Positions 51,000 through 63,149 of a DNA stretch of 64,000 nt are shown one piece after another (positions within the stretch are counted from its first letter, which is position 1; each line of letters opens with the position of its first letter). The stretch comes from Macrostomum hystrix (Eukaryota; Animalia; Platyhelminthes): assembly GCA_950097015.1 (NCBI GenBank), contig CATNEN010000038.1:25606001-25670000 (forward strand). The letters are read 5' to 3'. The translations under genes were made by a program, and so were the position numbers. The notes beneath the pieces were generated by a model. It was not told where the DNA came from. It ran no database searches and saw only the letters and a program-made list of their open reading frames with translations.

Positions 51000-51675
51000 T
51001 AAAAAATACAGCACAGCCTACTAACAGTGGACAATCCAATGTTGACATTAAACGAGATGAAGGCGAAACTGCACACGACGCATGCTGTCGATATTGGTCT
51101 CAGTACCATCTCACGCTACTTGGATGCACAATTGATCACGCTGAAGAAAATGTGCAAAGATGCGGACGTCACGGTGTCTCGTAACACACCAGAAAACATC
51201 CAACGCAGAAGGGAGTTTGCCACCTGGTTTCTAAATCACGACCAAGGAACCGAGATTTACTTTCCTGGACGAGTCAGGGTTCCACGTCTTGACCCGACGA
51301 TCACAAAGGCGAAGCCGCAGAGGTACAAGCGTACGACGGCCCGTTCATGCACAGAGAAGAGCGACGGTCTCCGTGCTTTTGGTGATCTGTTCTGCACGTG
51401 GAGTCGTTTTTTCCGACTTTCTGGACGGAACCCTGAATGTCCAGACGTTCCAGCAGTTCGTGGTGCGAATTTGCGAAGCAATTGAACCGAATTTGCAACA
51501 GGGACAGCAATGCGTTGTCATCATGGATGGGACCAGGGCTCATGGCAATGCACAGGTTCCACAACAGCTGGCCAATCGTATTCAACTGCGAACTCTGCCA
51601 CCGTACTGTTCATTTCTTAACGCCGTGGAGCAGGCACACAGTTGTCTCAAGGCATTGCTAAAACGCCGCAGCTGA
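51000..51675 (+). mobile_element. IS630/Tc1-like DDE transposase relic, frameshift near 51262
   Basis: HTH region (STISRYL), YF/LDESGF, VIMDG..AH and LPPYCSFLNAVEQ. Confidence 0.85.
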
Positions 51676-52623
51676 CTTGCTGGCAAAAAAATTTAGTGAT
51701 CGACTAAGCAGTTTCTTGGGGAAAAGCCTGAAATAAACTGACAAAACTCAAAAAATACACTGCAGTACTATTAGTAGTTGATTAGCTGAGTACAAAAATA
51801 CGAGTACAGCTAGAATGTGCACGACAAAGAATAGACAAGACTACAGAAATATTTCGTAGTTTTTTCGCTTGTGTATCATTAAAAAAAATTGTTGATGGGT
51901 GTTTGACCATTGTAAAGGTAAGTAAAAGTAATTGTAAAATTAATTGTAAAAGTTACTCCAATCAATGTCAGCCAGATAGTATTCTTGTACTGCAAACGCG
52001 TTTTAGTCGCCCAGACGTTTGCCAAACGGACGCTCGGATCTCGCTGGATCAATTAACATTGAAGGACAGTCAATGTCAGTCAGTTTTGATGTCTCAAAGA
52101 AATATGGGGTCACTGGTGTCACTAACGCTTGCAAAATCGAAATTTTTACTCATTTCTCGAGCCGAAAGCGATTTTTTCCTTTTTTTATTCTCACATTTTC
52201 AGGTCAGTTTTCAGTGTGAACGAGCCTTGAATCATAGTGACATAATGAGATTCAATAGATGAAACTTTGTCAATAGCTAAATGAGTTGCTGACATACAAA
52301 AATCTGCATCGCAAATCAACCGAAATGTTCAGATTTCAGATTTCAGATCAAATTCCTCTCTAAAACGAATGGTAGTCAGGGCCAAGCGGACTGTACGTCA
52401 GGGCTTAAAACCTAGGACTCACGACTTGAAGGCGTAGTGGTTCGACATTTTTAAAGAAATGGGATGTCAATCGCTTTAATCAGCAGGAACCATAGTTTCT
52501 CGGCATAATAACATAATTGTATACTAAACTATAGATTTTATTTAGAGATAAAACAAAAAACTTAACTCTAAGTGTACTAAATATAATTTATCGACGATAC
52601 CACTACTTATATTGAGAAGGCTT

Positions 52624-53595
52624 TCACACAACCAAGGCGAAGAAGTCCCGTATCTCACTCTCGGGCATGGAGCTGTTGCTGATAGCAATGGCCCTGACAG
52701 TTCCCTTAAACATTCGAGCGTCGCCAAGTCGTTTGGCGAATCGGAAGCAGAGCTGAGGCATCAGGCTGTAGTCAGAATAGTTTGAAAGCTGCAGACTACC
52801 AGATGACAAGAACGAGTTTCCAACGAATATTCCAAACACGTCAGCAGATGGCGAGGACGTGAAGCCAATGTTCACCCACTCGCTGGCATTCTGTGTCAGA
52901 GGCGCCGTTTTCGTCAGATATATCCTCGGGACTGCACTAGCATGCGTTTTAACGACTAGGTAAAGCTTAGAAACTGAATTGTACTCCCAGAAGTGATCTC
53001 CATGAGGTCCTGTTAGAAGTTTTGAGCAATCAAAAGACTCCAGAAGTGCCTGCACCTGAGGCGTTCTCTTCATCCGCAGCAGCACGGTGACGCCGGAGCC
53101 GAACGCGATGTCGCTCTTGTTCAGTGCCAAGTACGAGCTGCTCCCATCGAACGCGGCGCCGTCCTCTGTCCACTGGACGCCGATCGGATAGAAGCGGTTC
53201 GTCTCTTCGTCAGCCTGGCACAGCACATTCTCCAATCTGGTCATGTCGTCTCCAAGCCACACGTTTGTGAGCTTCGAGCTGAGCTTGCTCGGATAGCTGA
53301 TGGGGAATCGGATGAGCACTCGGCAGTCGCTGCTCACACCGGAGAGAAGCTGGCGACACACGGACTGGTAGCGGAAGAGATCGCACTGGAGAGAGGCCGC
53401 TCTGAACTGGGCAACCAGAATGCCAGACGGGAATGCATCAGAGGCCAGCATTGAGCAGTGCCGCTCAGTGAATGCTCTGTTGCTGTGGACTGGGGTGGCA
53501 TTGGTCAAGCACTGCACCTGCATCTGAGTCCAGGTGTCTCCGGACCGGCACAGGCAGACAGTCAGCGAGCTCAGCAGCTGCATCAGTGCTGCCAT
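52624..53595 (-). CDS. Secreted protein with a Cys-rich (PAN/apple-like) N-terminus and a LamG/concanavalin A-like C-terminal domain, about 323 aa
   Basis: Hydrophobic leader MAALMQLLSSLTVCLC, AFDGSSSYL, WVNIGFT and FKGTVRAIAISNSSMPESEI (LamG_3/pentraxin-like ending). The ORF is intact. Domain calls are by motif only. Confidence 0.7.
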   Translation of the reverse strand: MAALMQLLSSLTVCLCRSGDTWTQMQVQCLTNATPVHSNRAFTERHCSMLASDAFPSGILVAQFRAASLQCDLFRYQSVCRQLLSGVSSDCRVLIRFPISYPSKLSSKLTNVWLGDDMTRLENVLCQADEETNRFYPIGVQWTEDGAAFDGSSSYLALNKSDIAFGSGVTVLLRMKRTPQVQALLESFDCSKLLTGPHGDHFWEYNSVSKLYLVVKTHASAVPRIYLTKTAPLTQNASEWVNIGFTSSPSADVFGIFVGNSFLSSGSLQLSNYSDYSLMPQLCFRFAKRLGDARMFKGTVRAIAISNSSMPESEIRDFFALVV

Positions 53596-53844
53596 AAACG
53601 CTATCACTGAAAATAACAGCCGAAAAATAACTTGAAGGTCATTTCTAATAAGATAAATAGTAATGACTTTATAAGTGGCAAGCTGTCTTTGTCTTTTGTA
53701 TCTATTTTTACTTTACGGTTGCTATATATTTCTATGTATATAGACAAACGTATAAACTTCGGTTATTTTAGCATCGAATGAGTTGGATTGCAAATTTAGT
53801 TTTTCATTGCTTACCCACTTTCATGCTGAAAAGATTGGTTCTTG

Positions 53845-54695
53845 TGTTTTTTTAACTATTTGAAACAGGAGAAGGTTAAGCTTCTGACGCTTTTTGTTTT
53901 CTCTTCTCCCTTGAAGTGATGAGAGGATGCCATGGTAACATCATATGCTGGGCCTTTATTTATCTTCAGCCTCTCTCCTTATGCAAACGGCTTACAATTG
54001 GTTGGGAGTTGGGAGAAGCACTGCCATTGTTTTTTAGTGGGAACGCGCCTAAAGAATAGTTTGTATTGCTTTTGCGTGGTATGATAATATAGAGACTGTT
54101 AAAAAATAGTGGGATCTCTCGGTATGAGATGGGGTGAAGGATTGGATTGGGCGTAGGTTTTGGCCTGGACATGTTTGGGGTCCGGGGTGCTGTCGTGTAG
54201 GTGTGTGTGGGCAGAGATGGGGTTACCCATATCAACCGGGGCTCAAAATACGGTATATGGCGGTGGAGGGAACTACTTTTCTGCTAACTGTAACTCTACT
54301 TTGGCGATGATCCACTCACGAAGAAAATAAATTCAAGGAAGGCTTGCACCTTTGACACAAGCTTGATCCTGAGAAGTACTGTAAAGGCAATACTGAAATT
54401 GATGTCGCTGCATTTCATTGTCAAATTCGAGTCGACACCATCGAAGACAGCGCCGTTCTCCGAAGATTGGACACCCTTCAGATAGATAAAGTTGATAGTT
54501 TCGTCATTCTGACAAAGCAGGCTTTTAAATTTCGTCTCGTCTCCGACCCCTACTATCGTAAAATTCTAGCGATGATGCCGAGTATTTTCTGGGGAATCGG
54601 GTGAGCACTCAGCACGCTGCTCACACCGGAGAGGCTGTAGCGGAAGATGCTCCATTGCTGAAGGTTTGGCCTGACCAGGAGACCCAGTCTCTCCT
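53845..54695. repeat. Duplicated segment, copy 1
   Basis: Near-identical to 63150-64000 (offset about 9305). Confidence 0.93.
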
Positions 54696-54792
54696 TGTTC
54701 GATGCTTCAACAGTGCACTGAATGTCGCTGCTTGTCTGCATTTTGTTCAGAGCAGTGGTGTCAGGTTCAGATAATTGCACCTGAATTTGCGT
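54300..54792 (-). pseudogene. Diverged LamG-like family relic
   Basis: QIQVQL...VGDETKFKSLLCQNDE...GVQSSENGAVFDG...TVLLRIK...VQAFLE with frameshifts and stops. Confidence 0.75.
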
Positions 54793-55324
54793 TGCTAGCT
54801 AGTGTTCTATGGTCATAAAACAATTTCATATCGCAGTCTTATATTTCTATCCGGATATAGTAATGAATTATTAATTGACGCTTATAAAGTTACAGAGTAT
54901 TGTCAGCCAGATAGTCATCTATTTCCGTTTTTAGACCATAAAGGTAAAACTGAAAAGCTAGCAGATGAAAGCGAAGCAGCTTATTTTTTTATACGAGCTA
55001 GTTTTATTGTTGTATGCATAGTCAAATCTCAGTCTTATATATTCACCTAGTATTATTCATTATGCTCGAACTATTAATTTCACAGGCCTCGTATTATCGA
55101 TCATCGGTTTCATCCGTAAAAACTACGGATCTCAAACAAAATTCACGACAAAAATGCGACAATTTATAACTGAGGAGCGTCTAAATTAGAATTGAAGTTA
55201 ATTGTGGCCTCTTTGGCGTTTGTATTGTTTTATCCCGCGCAGTTTCACACTGCAAAGCATGTTATTATTTTTTAAAATAAATAAATAAATTAAAAAACGT
55301 TGCATTTAATAAACTCACAAAGCT

Positions 55325-55530
55325 TCTGTCCGGTTTCAAAGACTTCAAAGACTTGACCGCCACAAGTGCAGTCAAAGTCCGATGCCTGAACATGGATGCC
55401 ATATTTGTTGCCGCAGTGGCACCAGCTGCCGGCCTGTACGGCTCGTACATTGGCATATCTGTATTGCCTGTTCTTGCAAATCCTAAAACAATCTTTAACA
55501 GTGTTACCACCCTGTTCAAAGCTCGATGTT
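55325..55530 (-). pseudogene. Orphan WSC-domain-like exon or relic
   Basis: NTVKDCFRICKNRQYRYA...VQAGSWCHCGNKYG...C.CGG..FEVF fits WSC cysteine spacing. Confidence 0.55.
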
Positions 55531-56539
55531 CGATTTAGACAAAATTTCATCGATGAATTATAGGTTAGATCACTGAAGAAGGAAAATAAATCGATTGCTT
55601 ACTTATTCATGACAAATTCGCTAAGTTTTTAGCTCCTATTCGTCTATTCTACAATAAATTTTTATTAAAACTTGTAATGATTTTATTTTTAGAAAATGCC
55701 CTGGCAACAAAATAACAATACTTTTGCATTCATTACCCACATCTATTAACTACCTCTTATTTTGTATTTTTTGTAATATTTTGCTCGACATGTGTAGCTT
55801 AGCTTCATACATATATTTATTGGCTATATGTGTTGTTGGGGATTAAATTCGTACTTCAAAGCATACTACTCTGACCTATAGTTATATATGCTGGAAAACT
55901 AACTAAATAACTGGTGTTGGTGAGTGTCGTGTGCCAGATCCGGCCTAGAGTACTGAAATTGGAAGTCCTATAGACACAGTCTGCAGTTCGCTCAGAGCGC
56001 ACACTATAACTGTGCTCCGATCAGTTTGCGTTGTAATCAATCAAAATAAGCTGAGCTTTTCGAAACGGCTTCATTGTATACTTTCATCTGGCATCGTCTG
56101 CCTTAAAACTTTCCACGCAGTTTTAAACCTGCCCGTCATCTTTATCCAATTAAAGCTACTAAAATACGAGTACAATTTGTCCTGGTGACTGTTTTTGCAA
56201 TACAAAGCTGACTTGTTGAGTATGGTCTCAACTCAACTCAACTCAAGAAATTCCTATAAATTATTAGTTGACTCCTGGAAAATGAGAGACCATTGTTAGC
56301 TAGATAACCCATCCATGTCAGCTTTTTAGCCGATGAAGCATTTTTATAGCCATAAAATACTGCTAGGCATAAGCGACTGTGGATAAATTTATTTTTGCAT
56401 TTTATTTTTTTGCCTGGCCTTCCAGTAGGCAGTTTGCGTTGAAAAATCATCGGCAATAAATAAAAAAAAGCGTTAACCGTTACCATCTCTAGAAGAATTT
56501 TTCTGATTCAAAGTCAAAGTTCACCAACCCGTTGCCATG

Positions 56540-56660
56540 CATTCTGGGTCAAATCCCGCTGCTTGTCAGCAGTTTGTACAGAGCCGTGGTGTCAGAGAAA
56601 ATTTTATTTGCATTTGAGTCCAGGTGTCTCCTAGTCCGCGATGTCAAAAGGCCAGCAGGC
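56540..56660 (-). pseudogene. Short N-terminal relic of the LamG-like family
   Basis: ggagacacctggactcaaatgcaa (GDTWTQMQ) followed by DTTALYKLLTSSGI. Confidence 0.55.
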
Positions 56661-56739
56661 TCTAAAGGTGCGTTTCTTGTCCATATGGCGTTTCTTGTCC
56701 AAACAGTTACATAATCATAGGGACGGCCCCCCACACAGT

Positions 56740-57211
56740 CGGATGACCAACGCCCCGCACTATCGGATAGACTAAAAACACCGATGGGTGCGTTGGTGCA
56801 GCAGAAGGGGCGGGATTCGAAATGACCATGTTTGAACTCGAGCAGAATGAACTCGTCCCCAATGGGTTGCGCAACCTTGATTCTGATGTTGGGTCAATCA
56901 GCTTTGTCAGCCAGGTCTCGTACGCATTGTTCGAACACATGACATGTCGGGTATAAGCCGATGGCTCAACCAAACAGAGTTACCGAGCTAAGGAAATGAT
57001 TAGGCAAACCATTCTTTTACATTCACGAGTGGATAAATATTTTGGCGACAAAGCTGAGGCCCGGATTCTCCTCAACTTGTTCGAGCTTAGCGCCTTCTTG
57101 CTGGTAGATGTGATCGATGTAGGCAGCCTTTTCATACTCTGAAAAGGACTCGGACTCGGCATTGACTTTCGGAAATACGTCGACATAGTCGGTAAACAGG
57201 CCGGTGCGATG
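56740..57211 (-). mobile_element. Relic of a protein-primed family B DNA polymerase (Polinton/Maverick type)
   Basis: GLFTDYVDVF.K...EKAAYIDHIYQQEGAKLEQVEENPGLSFVAKIFIHS* (motif B region KxxxNS), then ...TNAPIGVF. Contains stops and frameshifts. Confidence 0.65.
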
Positions 57212-57234
57212 CTAATTCCCAATAGGCCCGGGAG

Positions 57235-57310
57235 TGGGGGGTGAGTGGGTCAGCGGCTAATGTCGCTGCCTCACTTTCCAATGGTCGCTGGTTCGTTCCT
57301 CCCTTAAGGT
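57235..57310 (+). mobile_element. tRNA-like head of a second SINE-type repeat
   Basis: gtgggtcagcggctaatgtcgctgcctcac...ggttcgttcc, with A- and B-box-like motifs. Confidence 0.4.
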
Positions 57311-57939
57311 CACGATTATTTCGGGGCTTAGTTTGAAGTTTGCGAAGTAGTGACTTGCGGAAATGCACCTTATTATGTGCAGCCAAAGCTAGTTTAAAAT
57401 AGCTTAACCCCTGCCTTCTGCATGCCTGCTTGTTTGCGTTTGTGCGTTGGGCCGGGTTTGAGGTGTTGTATGGGGGGTGGGGCGGGTGTGCACCAGCAAT
57501 GCTTGCTCTGAGCGGTGAGGTTTCACCAGCCGTCTGCGCGCGTGGCTTGGTCCTCTCGTCCCAACCCTTCAGGCATCTAAGTCCTCCCCTGGTTTGGTCA
57601 GCTCTGCGCGTGTGCGCGCCTGGGGTGAGAGGCACTCTGGCTGGCCCTTCCCCGCTTGGCTTGCTGCTGTGTGTGAGGTGCCTGTGTCCAGGGGTCCAGA
57701 TGGCGCGATGGGCGAGTCCCGCCAAGTTCGCCGGCCTGCTGGGGGCATGCCGTTCCTGCGCTTGTGCGTCAAGTGCCCCAGGCCCCCCTACAATTAATTA
57801 AGTAAAAGGCCCGCGAGTGCACATGTACCAGTTGATAGCCGCATAGCCTAGTTCGAAGGCCTTGGCAAGCTCCAGTGTCGACCAGTTGCGGTTCAATTGC
57901 AGTTCAGCAAGACTCTAATGCAGTTTGGAAACAATCTAA

Positions 57940-58080
57940 AGGCCAGCATTGAGCAGTGCCGCTCAGTGAATGATCTGTTGCTGTGGACTGGAGAGGCATT
58001 GGTCAAGCATTGCACCTGCATCTGAGTCCAGGTGTCTCCGGACCTGCACAGGCAAACAGTCAGCGAGCTCAGCAGCAGCA
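57940..58080 (-). pseudogene. Recent 5' fragment of the LamG-like family
   Basis: LLSSLTVCLCRSGDTWTQMQVQCLTNASPVHSNRSFTERHCSMLA, then similarity ends abruptly. Confidence 0.8.
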
Positions 58081-58371
58081 ACGTCTGCCGAGAATCTGAC
58101 GAGAATCTTTCGAGAATTCTAATGCCACAATATTCGAATCACTAAGACTTAATTTTTTAACTCATCAATTAGTTTTTTATGAGAGAAATGTATATGACTT
58201 CTTCCTAGGGATAATTGGGTCCACGACAATGGACTCTAAAAGACTGCCAGGACATTTGAATGCCTCAAAAAAGACGAAAAAAGACTGCCACAAAAAAACT
58301 ACCACAAAAATACAAAAAGACTGCTTGACAAAAAGACTGCTGACAAAAAGACTGCTGACAATTGTTGTCCG

Positions 58372-58755
58372 CCCAAGGCGCAGTGAGATTGTACACTGCC
58401 TGACGATAAAAAAGTCAGGGCAGATGTACACACCTGTGTCAGTGTGTGGCTGCATACAGTATCTATGTATCTGACTAGTGTTCAGTGGTCAGCGAAATGG
58501 GCAGAATTGCCTCCTCTTTGGCTGCAGGTCTAGTGTCACCAAATGAAGTGCCATAGCCCACAGCCCTCCTGCAATGAGTATTTCTGAGCAGATATGCCTC
58601 TACAGTGGTATGCAATAAACCCGATTTCTCGATTCGCTTGACAAGTATTTAACCGTCTGCGCCCAAAATCAATGTTGCTTGACGCAGAATCGAGCTCAGG
58701 GACATTGGTGCAAAAGGCGAAAGCCGTTAACTACTCTGCCACTCAGCCCACCCCG
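58372..58755. mobile_element. SINE family A pieces: body on + (58372-58575), head on - (58650-58755)
   Basis: Direct similarity to 12311-12675. Confidence 0.75.
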
Positions 58756-59404
58756 TCAACCAAGAATTAGACGAAAATGTTTTCCGATGAGAAAACAGGA
58801 CTCCATTAAGCTAATTTAAGTCTTTCCGTAGTCTTGTTGCTTAAAACACAGAAAAGTAATCTGCATAATATTACAGGTTGAAAAAATACCTTCTGATCGC
58901 TTGAACATCAAAGTACATTTTTGGCTGAGACCGGTGAATTACTTAGACCAGCAGGGTGGGTACTGCGCCCTCTTTTATACTACTGCTGAATGAAACCAAG
59001 TAGTATATACCTCTGTTAAGTTGTGTAAAAATAAAAAAAGAAATATAAAAATATAAATAAATAATATAATATATTACAACAAAAAAAATTCTAATATTTT
59101 AATGTTCTATGTTCTAATAAAAAATTCAAATAATACAACATTTAACTTAGATGCTCCTTCTCGTAATGACGGTAAGGTCTTATGTTTCGCTATAATTCCC
59201 TTCAGCGGGTACGAAGTACGTAAGGATTATTCGTTTTATTTTTTACGGTAACCTGCTTAATCAGTTAATACATGAATAGTGTGCTAACACCAGAAATAAT
59301 GGATAAAGCAAGGTTGCTAAAGTTCTTTTTTTGCTTAAGCAAAACATCAAACTGAGGAATGTGTGACAATTTTCAAATGATACCGCAGTAATACAGAGGC
59401 AGTC

Positions 59405-59725
59405 TAATTATAATTCTAATTCTAATTCTAATTCTAATTCTAATTTTAAATCTAATTCTAATTCTAATTCTACAACTTGTAATTCTAATTCTAATTTTAA
59501 ATCTAATTCTAATTCTAATTCTACAACTTGTAATTCTAATTCTAATTCTAATTCTAATTCTAATTCTAATTCTAATTTTAAATCTAATTCTAATTATAAT
59601 TTTAAATCTAATTCTAATTCTAATTCTAGAACTTGTAATTCTAATTCTAATTCTAATTCTACAACTTTTAATTCTAATTCTAATTCTAATTCTAATTCTA
59701 CAACTTGTAATTATAATTCTAATTC
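59405..59725. repeat. (TTCTAA)n hexamer microsatellite
   Basis: Seen directly. Confidence 0.95.
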
Positions 59726-60213
59726 TGCCCTTTTAAGTTCAATGCTAATCGTCAGCGCGGAGGTATTCAATAAAATTCTTAAAGCCTTTGTCTTTTGGAA
59801 CTCTCTCAATTTAAGCTTTTTCACTTTAGCAAGCTTTCTTGCAAAATTCTGAATACATGACTTTACTTCTTTCACATGGATGCGTCTATTGTTAAAAAAA
59901 CTTAGTTAGTTAGAGGCAAGCAAAATCTATATTAAACAGTGAGTTGGCAAGTAAAGCCCAAGAACGGGGGACAGTGGCACGAGTCTTTACTACGATTCCT
60001 CATACTTTTGTGGTAGCTCAAAGAGCTTTACCCCATCATACAGCTACGCATGACATCCTTTTAACAATATGCATGGCTCGTGGGAGGGGGTGAGTGGAAC
60101 GGTGGTCTTAGGCGTTTGCCTATTTGGAGCTTGTGCTGAATTTTTAATTTACCTCGGTTTACCTCGGGCGCCTCTTACTCATAGAAGTTGAATACATCAT
60201 GGGTCCATGCTCC

Positions 60214-60404
60214 TGTGGACTAAGGCAGAGAGACTGCGACTTAGAGTTGACGAAGATTTACAGCGATTTATTTATTGACTCACGAGTTAAATAGCAATCA
60301 GTGCCAAGGTGTAAAAGTGAGAGAGAAAGGCATGCACGCGGTTGATGTACATTAGACACCCAGAGAAGTGAACGCATATGTACGATGCATTGCCACACAC
60401 TACA
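60214..60404 (-). repeat. Probable 3' LTR (about 191 bp) of the Gypsy element
   Basis: Starts TGTAG after a purine tract (GGGAGGA), contains AATAAA and ends CCACA. No second LTR is available to confirm it. Confidence 0.55.
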
Positions 60405-60546
60405 ATCCTCCCACGCAAAGAAAAGAGAAGACTCGAAGGAAATAAATAAATTCAAAAAGAAAAAAAACGCAGCAAGTGATTGGTGCAACTTAAGCAATAT
60501 TAAGACAGTCCATGAATGAGTTCAGCGCAGCCATTTAATCAAAAGT

Positions 60547-63134
60547 TCAACCCGGCACATATCGATCAACCGGCATCCGCCTCCGCACCGGGTAGCGCCT
60601 CTGGGGCAGCTCGTCCGCAGCGTCTCCGCCGCCGTGCAGCTCGTGCGCGAAGGGCGGCTGCTCGAAACGCTCGACGTCGGGTGCCGGCAGGAACAGCGGC
60701 CGAAGGCGGTTTACGTTCACTCTGCGCGTCTTGCCATTCTTGCCGATCTCGACCACCAGATTGCGCTGGGACAGCACCCGCCAGCCGGGGTCCCAGTACG
60801 GCGCCAGCTTGGAGCCCCTCAGCTCGATGCGCAGCAGCACCTCGTCGCCCTGGCCGAATCTGCGCAGCTGCCCGGCTGACCTGTTGTAGTCGCTCTGCTG
60901 CTCGCCAGCCGCCTGCACCAGGTGCTCCTCGACAAACTCTCGAATGCGCAGCAGGTCGGCCTCCAGCTTGTCTGCGTAGGTCCGCACGTCGTAGAACCGC
61001 CTGGGCTGCTGGCTGAGGACTGGCAGACAAGGGTCACGCCCGGTGAAGACCTTCAGCGGTGGCAGTCGCGTTGAGCAGTGCACTCGCGAGTTGTAGGACA
61101 GCAGGATCAGCGGCAGCTTGTCCTCCCACTCGCTCTCTCGCTCGGTGAAGCACCTGAGTAGTTGCAGCACGGACTTGTTTCCCGACTCGGCCAGTCCGTT
61201 TCCTTTCGGATTGTACGCTGTGGTTCTTGTCTTGGTGACTCCCAGACCGCGCAGAGTGTCTTGAAAGAGCTGGCTCTCGAAATTCGGGCCTTGGTCCGAG
61301 TGGATGACTCGAGGCAGTCCAGCCTGGGAGCAGATTGAAAGGAAGGCGCGAGCCGTAGTCTGGGCCGTCTGGTCTGGTAACGCCACAGCCGTCAGGTACT
61401 TGGAAAATTGGTCCTGAGCTACCAGCAGGTAATGGTTGCCGCGTGATGATGGTGCCACCTTGACGATGTCGATGGCCACCGAGTCCCATGGCGATCCGAT
61501 AGGCAGCTCTCCGAGTGGCGCCTTGGGCTGCGAGCCTGCCTTCTTCTCCTGGCAGACGGCGCAGCTCTGGCAGTGCTGCAGGACATCCTCAGCCATGCCC
61601 GGCCAGTAGGCAGTCAGCTTGAGCGTGCGGTAGCATTTCTCGGCCCCGAAGTGGCCTCCCAGACCTTCGTGAGCGTCTGCTAGGAACTGGTGTCGTAGAA
61701 ATGCCGGCACCACTGGAACTTCCCTCAGTCCGTCCAGGTCGTTGAACTTGCGGAAGAGAACTCCGTCATCATTCAGCTTCAGCTTCCTCCAGATTCTGCT
61801 CAGCTGCTGCAGCGGTCCTGACCGCCATCTTGGAGGCACGTCTGGCTCGTTGACGATCGCTTGAATCACCTGACTAAGCTCTGGATCTTGGCGCTGAGCA
61901 GTTTTGAGCTCTTCCGAGCCGATTTCTGCTGTCAGTTGAGTCGCTGCAATTTCCGGGGCGTGCAGCCTGGACAGCGCGTCGGCATCAGAATTCTCCACAC
62001 CTCTGCGGTACTTGACGGTGAAGTCGAACTCTTGGAGCAGCAGCCGCCAGCGACCCAGCCTACCATAGCTATCGATTCTCTGGGAATCGATGTAGGTGAG
62101 CGGGCAGTGATCCGTGTGCACCGTGAAATGCTTGCCAAGCAAGTAATGCCTGAAGACTTTGAAAGCGTGCAGGATGGCCAGACACTCCTTCTCTGTTGCC
62201 GAGTACTTTTTCTCCGCCGAGTTGAACGCCCTGCTCGAAAACTCGATCACTGCATCGCTTTGCTTCAGGATTGCACCGACCCCACTGCCGCTGGCATCCG
62301 TGAAGACAGCGAACTCCTTGGAAAAGTCCGGGTTCACCAGGATCGGAGGACTCATCAGGCAGATCTTGAGCTCGTCGAAGGCAGCTTGGCACTCTGCAGT
62401 CCACTCAAACGCCACGCCCTTGCCAGTCAGGTGGTGAAGTGGTGCAGCGATGGCAGCGAAGTTGGCGACATGGCGGCGGTACTGGTTGCACAGGCCGATA
62501 AACTGGCGGATCTCCTTGACTGACCTCGGCTCCTTCCACTGCTGAATCGCCTCCAGCTTCTCTTTGCTTGGCTGAGCTCCCTCCTTTGAATAGCGCATGC
62601 CGAGGAAAGTCACTTCAGGCACCGCGATCTTGCACTTGGAGCCTCTCAGTGTCAGTCCGGCTGCTCGGACACGCTGAAGTGCCTCTCGCAGTTGCAGCAG
62701 ATGCTCCTTCCTGGTCTTTGAGAAGCACAGGCTGTCATCGAAAAACGTGAAGACGAAGTCACAGCCATTGAAAACTTTGGACATAAGCATGCAGAACGTG
62801 CTGGGGCCACCTGACAGGCCTTGAGGCATTCTCTTAAATTGGTATAGCGGCATCCCTGGTCCAGGGCTAAAGGCCGTCTTCTGTCTGTCTTCTTCAGCCA
62901 GAGGGATCTGGAAGTAACCTCCATTGAGATCCAGCACTGAGAACACCGTGCTGCCCGCTATTCGATCTCGTGCCTCCTCCATTAGCGGAATTCCTTGCGC
63001 CGACCGAATCGTCTTCTTGTTGAGCTCTCTGTAGTCGATGGTCAGCCGCAGACTGCCGTCCTTCTTGGTCACGTACACCGGTGGAGCCACGTACGGACTC
63101 TCGCTCAGTTCGATCACGTCGTTCTCCAGCAGCT
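60547..63134 (-). mobile_element. Ty3/Gypsy LTR retrotransposon pol (RT, RNase H, integrase), 5'-truncated but open
   Basis: RT motifs IDYRELN, LDLNGGY, MPQGL and FFDD; RNase H TDAS, EKE and TDH; integrase HHCC plus D-D-E (IDI, SDQG, AES). Domain order is that of Gypsy. Confidence 0.96.
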
Positions 63135-63149
63135 TTTTTTTTGTGTTTG

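Noticed and set aside
53966-54235. 89-aa and 106-aa ORFs repeated at 63271-63591
   Set aside because: The repetition is due to the segment duplication. There are no recognisable domains or consistent start.
59405-59725. Interstitial telomere
   Set aside because: The unit is TTAGAA, not TTAGGG. Isolated TAGGGTT words in the 47-bp and 24-bp arrays are not tandem.
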